A DNA stretch of 64,000 nt from a virus, in the IMG/VR virus record IMGVR_UViG_3300047091_000002, positions 1 to 64,000 of that record; one strand, written 5' to 3'. Shown here one piece after another: positions 57,349 through 64,000 of this stretch; position 1 is the first letter of the stretch; every line of letters starts with the position of its first letter. The position numbers and the translations under genes were made by a program. The notes under the pieces were generated by a model. The model saw only the letters and a program-made list of their open reading frames with translations, was not told the origin of the DNA and ran no database searches.

Positions 57349-60300
57349 TTATTGATTTACAGTTCTATACCTTGATAGAAGACTTGGATTAATACGTCCC
57401 GAAAGTTGTAATTGCTTACTCGCGTCGATCCCAACTTTTTGAGTCTCAACGGGTTGCCCATTTACTCTTAAATTAAGATTAATATCCTGCGTAGCTCCGA
57501 TAGAACGAGTTAAACTGGGTAACTTATCAACCACTCCTTGCCAAGCAAGAGCGGCTTGAGTTAGTTTATCCGCTGCAAGTCCTAAATCAGCGGCGGAATC
57601 TCGACTTAATTTGCGGATGAATTTTTCTATATCGAGCCTTTGGTTAACAAAATCGAGTTTTTGTTTTTCTCCGGCTAACTGATCTTCTATTTCTTTTTGC
57701 TGTTTGCGAAAATCTCTTTCGAGTTCTACAAGACGTTTTCGTTTGCTTTCCGCTTCGGAAACTTTAGGATCGATTCTACCCTCTAATAGTATATCTCTCT
57801 GACTTTTAGCAAAATCATCGGCACTCTTTTTTAATTGATCAAGCAAATCGGCTTGAGTCTTTTTAATCTCATCCGTAATTTCACCAATGGATAGTTTTAA
57901 GAAATCTCGAATATCTCCTATAGCATTTAAGGCATCTTGAGGATTTTCAAAAGAATCGAAAAATTCCTTAACTTGTTTTTTAAGATCCGTTATTTGTTTA
58001 GCAAAATCTCTAACATTTGCCGGAAGTTTTAGAAGTTCTAACGCAGTTCTAAAATTATCCTGAACTTCCTTCGCTTTATCTCTAAGATTAGCTATCTCAT
58101 CATTTATATCCTTTGTTATTTGTTTTAACTGATCTGCACCACCTTTACGACCACTTAATTGTCTACGAGCATCTTCAAGTTTTGTCTGTAATTGTCGTAT
58201 CCCATCACCTAAACCAATAGCTCCATTAGAGATAGCTTTTTTAAGATCATCTATTCCAGCAGTAATCGCTTCCGCCATCTCTTTGGTTTTTTGTTTAGCT
58301 CTAGCTCCAAAGAAGGAAACGATTCCTCCGACAGTTTCTACTATAGCGCCTATAGTCTTAGCTACTGGATGTGGTATTTGCGATATGCCACGACCAATAG
58401 TAGAAATTATTTGTCCCTTATCTCCGCTTCCTATAGCCCCTATTATATCCGCCGCAACATTTAAAGCTGTAAGAGCAAAAGCACCAACTTTTTGTACGAC
58501 ATTTGCTTTTCCGGGCGTGGCAAAACGACCAAGTATATCATCTACACTAGATCCAAATTCACTAGTATCCGCACCATTGAGTAAATCTCCCCCGATACTA
58601 GGCGTAACTCTTCTAGGTCTTGTTTCTTCTCCAGATACAACTTGCTTAAATCCTAAAGCTGCTTTAATTATTATATCTAGAAATTGATTTCCAGTAACTA
58701 AAAGCCTATCATCGAAGTTTTTTCCAGCATTTTCTATTGTTCCAGCAGCTTTCTCTAATGCCTCCGCCGGAGATTTAGGTCTTCCACGCTTGGAAAGAGT
58801 TTCTAATAAGTTCGCAAGTCCTTCAAATACACCGGATAATTTATTAAAAGGAAGTCCCTTAAATTTCTTAGTAAACTCGTCAAATTCTGGGTCCGGTAAA
58901 GACTTGATAGCATCAGCAACTTTTCTAAGTCCTTGAGATGTAAGAAATAAGGGGTTAGAAAGTTCAAAAGCACGATTCTTTAATTCAAATAATTTCTCAT
59001 TCAAATCATCTATTTGAGATTTAAGATCTAGTTGTTTACGAGCTACTTCTGGATTTTGATTCGCGGTCCCAACATTAGGAAATTCAGTATTTAATCTCTG
59101 TTGTAATCCTGCTTTTTGTTGTTCAAGTAATTGAAGTCTTTCCTGAGTTATTCTAAGTAACGCATTACGAGATTCATTCTCATTTAAAATCCCGATCTCT
59201 TTTTGCTTTTCAACAATACGTTCTATAATGTCAAGTCGCTTAAGATCGAATTCGTTTAATTCATTTTGGAGTTTTAACTGATCTAGCTGGATGTCTCTTT
59301 GCTCTACAAGATGCTTTAATAGCGCTACAGCGCTCTCTCTGCGATTTTTATCAAGTTCTAATAGTAACTCAGCCTTCTTACTTTGATCAACATTTAAATC
59401 GATTAGAACCTGCGTAGCTTCTGCAACCTGTTTGACTTTTTCAGGATCGAGTTTTAGCTGACCACCAACAGTTATTATTGAAGCTTGGAGATCTACAATC
59501 TGCCGCTGTATTTCTCGTCCTTGGTTGGCTAGATCATCAAGAATAGCCTTACTTGCTTTCGGAGAAGTAGCACGTTTCTTATCTAAATCAACTAATTTAG
59601 TTTTTAATTCTGCAATTTTATCTGCAATTTGAAAGAATAAATCAAAGCCTCCAGCAGAATTAAAGAATTGAGTAAATTCATCTTCGGAAGTAAGTTTCTG
59701 AACTCCAATTGCTTCCTTAAAGGAGCCTACAAGATTTTTGATTCGTTCTCTGGCAGTTAGAATTTCTTGTTCAAAATCAGCGTTTAGAAAAGGAAATAAT
59801 TGTTCCTTTAACTGCTGTTCTCTTATTTCTCTTTGTTTTTTACTCGCCTCGAATTGCGCTTGCTCGTTTTGTCCACCACTGAATATACCTAATCCAAATA
59901 AAATATCGGTGATTTGAGCGCGAGATTGTTCTGCTCTATTAAGTAATTCAAAATTGGCATCAACCTCTTTTTTCTTTAGATCAAGTCTTTCCTTTGTAGC
60001 TTTACGAACTGTATCCGTAATTTGATCTTCGGCTTTTCCTAAATCTTCTACTCTTTTAATAAAAACATCTATCTTTTCGCCAGTTAACTTCTCGAAAGAT
60101 TCTAAGTCTCTATCTCGAAGATCGGTTTTCTTTTTGTCTTTCTTTTTATCTCTTGGACCTTGTTTTTGATCTGCGATTAATTTAGCAAAACCAATGTTTG
60201 CATCAATTAACTCTTGTCTAGCTCTCGAAACTTGATCATTAAGATTAAAGGCATTCTCTATCAGTTGAGATTCAAACTCCGATGCTGCTTGAAAAGGAAT

Positions 60301-63060
60301 CTCTCCTGCCTGCGCTAATTCCTGAATAATTTTACGACGGCGATTTACGTATCTCTCGGATTCTTTCTCGACTAAATCTCCAACTTTTTTAAGTAAAGAA
60401 AGTTGTCTCTCTACTTCCTTTAAGAAATCGGAAAGTTGATCTCGCTCTCCACCTTTTTTCTTTTTCCCTTCTGTAGATGGAAGTTTGGTAGGAGTTTTTA
60501 ACAAAGAGGCTATAACAGTTTTCTTGCGCTCTAAATCAGCAATCTCTTCTTCTGTTTTAGCTTGCGCTATTTGGGCTGCAAGCGCAGCGTCGGCATTAAG
60601 AAAAAATGCCCCACTTGTTGCTGCAAGTGCTACTGCTAATTGCTGTTCAGCAAAGATTTTTTGTTTTGTTGCAATCGTACTATCAATAGTAGCAATTGAT
60701 TGTTTAACTATCTGGGCAGTAGTATATCCCGTAGCTTGGGATAATAAATTAAGTCGATTGATTGCCTCTGTTCTTTCTAATCCAGAAATTTGAAGTATTT
60801 TATTATATTCTCGTAATTTAATGGTGGCATCATCACCAAGGGCATTTGCCCCACGAAGTTCTACTCTATATTCCTCTAGTATTTTTTGATTTTTAGCTAA
60901 TTCACCAGCCTGATTCTCAAAAGATTTATTACTAAAATTTATAAGCTCAGCAAGTTTTTGGATTTCAGGATTAAAATCCTTAACTTTTTCTAGAAATGCT
61001 TCTGGATTTTTTAATATTTCATCAAATGTAACACCGAGCGCCTGCCCCGCTATTTTAAGATCTTCAATAGTCTTTTGAAATTTTTCTATATCGGCTTGAT
61101 CAAGTGCAGATCCTAGTGTTTCTTTTGGATCTATGATAGGTTTTCTGGAAAGAAAATTTTCAAGTTCATCTTTTAAATTTTTAGTTTTCTTTGCAAAATC
61201 CGAATTAATTAATCTTCCAAATGCATCTGCTTGTTTTTGTGTCCTAGCACTTAATTTTTCAAGAGCTTGGTCAATATCTTCAAGTCCCTTTTTAGTTAAT
61301 TTACCCGTTTCAAGCGCTTTAACAGTAGAATCATCAAGTAATTGAAGAAGCGTATCTCGAAGTTTAATTAATTCCTGCTCTTGTTCTTTAGTTCTATTTT
61401 TTATATCCGAGAGAGCTTTTAATTCAAGCGCCTCATTTAAGATATTATAAGATTTAGCTAAATCACTTATATGTTGCTCGCTTTTTTGAAGTTGTTTATC
61501 TAATTCTTCTTCGCCTTTTCTTCGTTCATCGGCACTGCCTGACCATTCATCAATAAGACTTTTAATAAATATTATTGCCGCTATAATTAATGCTGCTCTA
61601 CTTAAAAACCCCACTATAGCAGTTGTGACTACCCTTGTTCCTGCTGCAACACCAATTAAAGCAGCCTGAGAACCTTTCATAGCAGCAGCATAAGCTAATT
61701 GTCCGGCAGTAGCCGCCTCTGTAGCAGTGGCACCGGCTGCGAGCGCAGCAGTTTCAGCTTCCGTTAGCGCAGTTAAAGCCCCTGTTTGAATCACAACTTG
61801 CTTAATGGCCTCTGCATAAGCAAGTTTTGCAGATGTTATAATACCTAAAGGTGCCCGAAGTCTTATTAAAGATGCAAATACTCCATTAATTAAGCCAGTA
61901 AAAATTTTTATAATTAGAATAAACGATACAAAATTTGCAAGTGGACCACTTACTAAAGTTGAAAGTGTTCTAAGAAATGCGTTAAGAACCTTTAACAGGG
62001 TCCCAAGACTTATTACTCCAGTATCGAGTCTTTCTCCAAATGCGGTAAACAGATTAACTAATTCTCTAATTACCCCTCTAACATCCGGCAATAATTTGGT
62101 TAAAGCATCTTGGATCTTATTTACATCTTTATTAAATACGGCACTGAAAGGACTGAAGGAATTATCATCATTAATAAATTTATCTCGAATGTTAATTAAT
62201 TCTCTTCGTAATGTTTCAAATATAGGTTGAACTGCTCTAGCCCCACCTATTTGAAAAATATCCGCAATAGATGCCTTAACATTGATAAAATTATCCGAAA
62301 CTTCTTTAGCTAATGCTCCGAAAGATCGAGTTTTAGCTTCGATGAATTCAAATACTGTTCCAGTGCGTATCGCTTCTTTTAATAATTTTCTTTGCTCTGC
62401 GGTAACTAAACCAAGATTTCTTCCTAGTTGATTGGTTGCTCGAACTGTGCCCGTAAGAATCTGAGCAATGGATGTTCCTACCTTACTCTGCTCTATGCCA
62501 AAAGCACCTGCCGCTAGAACAAGTCTTTTGGTGATTATCTCTATTTGTTCTTGGGAAAGTCCTATTTGCTGTCCCACTGCTAACGCAGTTTGTAGAGTTT
62601 GAACATATTCTTTAGTGGTAGTTACAGTTTGAACTGCCGAAATTTGTGCAGCTTGAAAAAGTCGTTCGGATTCTATTCTTAAGGCGGCTAAAAGATCAGG
62701 AGTTAATTGTCCTTTTCTTTCTGCTATTGGTGCAGCTAAAATAGCTACGAAGGATGTTGAAAGTCTTTGGAATTCAGCGGCATTTCCTATACTCTCCTTT
62801 AAAAGAGTGTTGAATAATCTTAAAGCGCCGAATACGCCTGCCGCACCTAATCCAATTCCTAAAGCAGCTAAAAATCTACCTCCAAATCTAGTTACAGAAT
62901 TTCCAAGTGTGTTAAAACCTTGAGAAGCTGCAATAGCACCTTGCTTCACAGAGACTAATCGTATGTTACCCTGCTGAAGACTTCCCAACATTTGATTCAT
63001 AGCGCCAATGAATTGTTGGGCATTGCCTACAAAATTGAAAGTAACTGTGAAATTAGCCAA
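57349..63060 (-). CDS. Tail tape measure protein (1903 aa)
   Basis: Long helical A/L/K/E-rich ORF with N-terminal tape-measure-like domain and hydrophobic Ala-rich region. Confidence 0.9.
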   Translation of the reverse strand: MANFTVTFNFVGNAQQFIGAMNQMLGSLQQGNIRLVSVKQGAIAASQGFNTLGNSVTRFGGRFLAALGIGLGAAGVFGALRLFNTLLKESIGNAAEFQRLSTSFVAILAAPIAERKGQLTPDLLAALRIESERLFQAAQISAVQTVTTTKEYVQTLQTALAVGQQIGLSQEQIEIITKRLVLAAGAFGIEQSKVGTSIAQILTGTVRATNQLGRNLGLVTAEQRKLLKEAIRTGTVFEFIEAKTRSFGALAKEVSDNFINVKASIADIFQIGGARAVQPIFETLRRELINIRDKFINDDNSFSPFSAVFNKDVNKIQDALTKLLPDVRGVIRELVNLFTAFGERLDTGVISLGTLLKVLNAFLRTLSTLVSGPLANFVSFILIIKIFTGLINGVFASLIRLRAPLGIITSAKLAYAEAIKQVVIQTGALTALTEAETAALAAGATATEAATAGQLAYAAAMKGSQAALIGVAAGTRVVTTAIVGFLSRAALIIAAIIFIKSLIDEWSGSADERRKGEEELDKQLQKSEQHISDLAKSYNILNEALELKALSDIKNRTKEQEQELIKLRDTLLQLLDDSTVKALETGKLTKKGLEDIDQALEKLSARTQKQADAFGRLINSDFAKKTKNLKDELENFLSRKPIIDPKETLGSALDQADIEKFQKTIEDLKIAGQALGVTFDEILKNPEAFLEKVKDFNPEIQKLAELINFSNKSFENQAGELAKNQKILEEYRVELRGANALGDDATIKLREYNKILQISGLERTEAINRLNLLSQATGYTTAQIVKQSIATIDSTIATKQKIFAEQQLAVALAATSGAFFLNADAALAAQIAQAKTEEEIADLERKKTVIASLLKTPTKLPSTEGKKKKGGERDQLSDFLKEVERQLSLLKKVGDLVEKESERYVNRRRKIIQELAQAGEIPFQAASEFESQLIENAFNLNDQVSRARQELIDANIGFAKLIADQKQGPRDKKKDKKKTDLRDRDLESFEKLTGEKIDVFIKRVEDLGKAEDQITDTVRKATKERLDLKKKEVDANFELLNRAEQSRAQITDILFGLGIFSGGQNEQAQFEASKKQREIREQQLKEQLFPFLNADFEQEILTARERIKNLVGSFKEAIGVQKLTSEDEFTQFFNSAGGFDLFFQIADKIAELKTKLVDLDKKRATSPKASKAILDDLANQGREIQRQIVDLQASIITVGGQLKLDPEKVKQVAEATQVLIDLNVDQSKKAELLLELDKNRRESAVALLKHLVEQRDIQLDQLKLQNELNEFDLKRLDIIERIVEKQKEIGILNENESRNALLRITQERLQLLEQQKAGLQQRLNTEFPNVGTANQNPEVARKQLDLKSQIDDLNEKLFELKNRAFELSNPLFLTSQGLRKVADAIKSLPDPEFDEFTKKFKGLPFNKLSGVFEGLANLLETLSKRGRPKSPAEALEKAAGTIENAGKNFDDRLLVTGNQFLDIIIKAALGFKQVVSGEETRPRRVTPSIGGDLLNGADTSEFGSSVDDILGRFATPGKANVVQKVGAFALTALNVAADIIGAIGSGDKGQIISTIGRGISQIPHPVAKTIGAIVETVGGIVSFFGARAKQKTKEMAEAITAGIDDLKKAISNGAIGLGDGIRQLQTKLEDARRQLSGRKGGADQLKQITKDINDEIANLRDKAKEVQDNFRTALELLKLPANVRDFAKQITDLKKQVKEFFDSFENPQDALNAIGDIRDFLKLSIGEITDEIKKTQADLLDQLKKSADDFAKSQRDILLEGRIDPKVSEAESKRKRLVELERDFRKQQKEIEDQLAGEKQKLDFVNQRLDIEKFIRKLSRDSAADLGLAADKLTQAALAWQGVVDKLPSLTRSIGATQDINLNLRVNGQPVETQKVGIDASKQLQLSGRINPSLLSRYRTVNQ

Positions 63061-63999
63061 TTATATAATGACTCCGATATTCGCTAAAAAGGTTTGAAAG
63101 TTAGGATCCGCTAGAAGAACGAATCCGCCTCTAACAGTTCCACCTGATGCTGGCGGTAGGGCAGCCAAAGCACCTCCAGAATAAATTGCTTTGAATCTTA
63201 ATGTAGATTTCCTAGAAGGAGATGCTTGAATATAAGGAACAACTTGGTCTTTTCCTACTCCTAAAAATATTCCTGAAATAATAGACCAATTAGGAAGTCT
63301 AATTAATTTATTCCAAAATGGATCATTCGGTTGAATACTTGACGGGCCTTGAGCATTTAAATTACCAAGAGCTAAACCCTGACTCAAATTAGGAATTAAG
63401 CCCTTTATCTGTCTCAAAGTACCGCCTATAACAGTTTTTAATTGCGCTTGGGTCCCTGCAACTTGAGCAACTTTCAGCAATTGGGCATGATTAATTCTTC
63501 CTTTTTGAGTTATACTCGTAATAACTCGTCTTGCTCCAAAACTATTTTCTAGATCTTGTTGATTGGTATTGATCGGAGAAATAGGAATTGGAGAAGTTCC
63601 AGATCTAAGAACTGGAATATCTTTTGGATTAGGAGAACTTCCTCCAACTATAGATAATTGAATTCCTATTCCGCGATCAACACCGCCGGATTTCTTAAAT
63701 TTCGTACTGGCCCGTGTAGTTCTAAAATTCTTTTTTATTCTCCCAGCAGTAAATGATCTTGTAATTATTGGATTAGCCCGTGAAATAGGATTATTTCTAG
63801 GTAAAACATCTTTATCGTCCGTAGAAGTATTTGCCCAAGCTCCAAATAAAGATTGAACTTCTTGATCTAGTTGGGCCTGAACGGCGGCGTTACCTCGTGT
63901 GATTATATCATATCCTTTAGCTGCCCTAACTCCAAAAGAAAGATTAAGATCAGGACTTGTAGTGATAAATGCTAATGCTTTTCCTTTCGGAGCAGCAAA
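63061..63999 (-). CDS. Partial tail-region ORF (5' end outside window)
   Basis: Frame is open from 63999 through the tracked 63480 TTG to the stop at 63061, so the 139-aa call is truncated. Confidence 0.7.
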   Translation of the reverse strand, partial: FAAPKGKALAFITTSPDLNLSFGVRAAKGYDIITRGNAAVQAQLDQEVQSLFGAWANTSTDDKDVLPRNNPISRANPIITRSFTAGRIKKNFRTTRASTKFKKSGGVDRGIGIQLSIVGGSSPNPKDIPVLRSGTSPIPISPINTNQQDLENSFGARRVITSITQKGRINHAQLLKVAQVAGTQAQLKTVIGGTLRQIKGLIPNLSQGLALGNLNAQGPSSIQPNDPFWNKLIRLPNWSIISGIFLGVGKDQVVPYIQASPSRKSTLRFKAIYSGGALAALPPASGGTVRGGFVLLADPNFQTFLANIGVII

Positions 64000-64000
64000 A

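Noticed and set aside
45655-61345. Plus-strand ORFs inside the tail fibre, tail tip and tape measure genes
   Set aside because: Antisense shadows of long coding genes with no motifs or RBS
1-64000. CRISPR array or Cas system (given the Cas4-like nuclease and TnpB)
   Set aside because: No regularly spaced direct repeats seen in any intergenic gap; the Cas4-like gene sits in the replication module
1-64000. Stop-codon reassignment
   Set aside because: Long genes (polymerase, helicase, tape measure, tail) are intact in the standard code, and TAA, TAG and TGA all end genes

Overview
64 kb segment of a large AT-rich tailed phage genome (probably siphovirus-like, probably with a diderm host), read in the standard genetic code. 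It has two convergent blocks that meet with no gap at 38556/38557. The plus-strand block (1-38556) carries recombination and replication genes (SSB-like tail, RNase H, Rad52/Sak, RuvC-like, divergent family A DNA polymerase, Cas4-like exonuclease, SF2 helicase, TOPRIM primase), a solo TnpB insertion and atypical tRNA-like RNAs. It also carries an ~17 kb modification island: six glycosyltransferase-like genes, a pyruvyltransferase, a SAM methyltransferase, a Dam-nuclease fusion, HD and MazG-like nucleotidases, a DruA/Mom-like GNAT protein and gp88, interleaved with free-standing homing endonucleases. The minus-strand block (38557-64000) carries the tape measure protein, an outer-membrane beta-barrel, a 2298-aa tail protein, a tail fibre and an expanded lysis region (many small membrane proteins, a stand-alone PAS domain, GH24 endolysin, ClpP-like protease, metallophosphoesterase). 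All family calls come from motif recognition by eye; no database searches were run.
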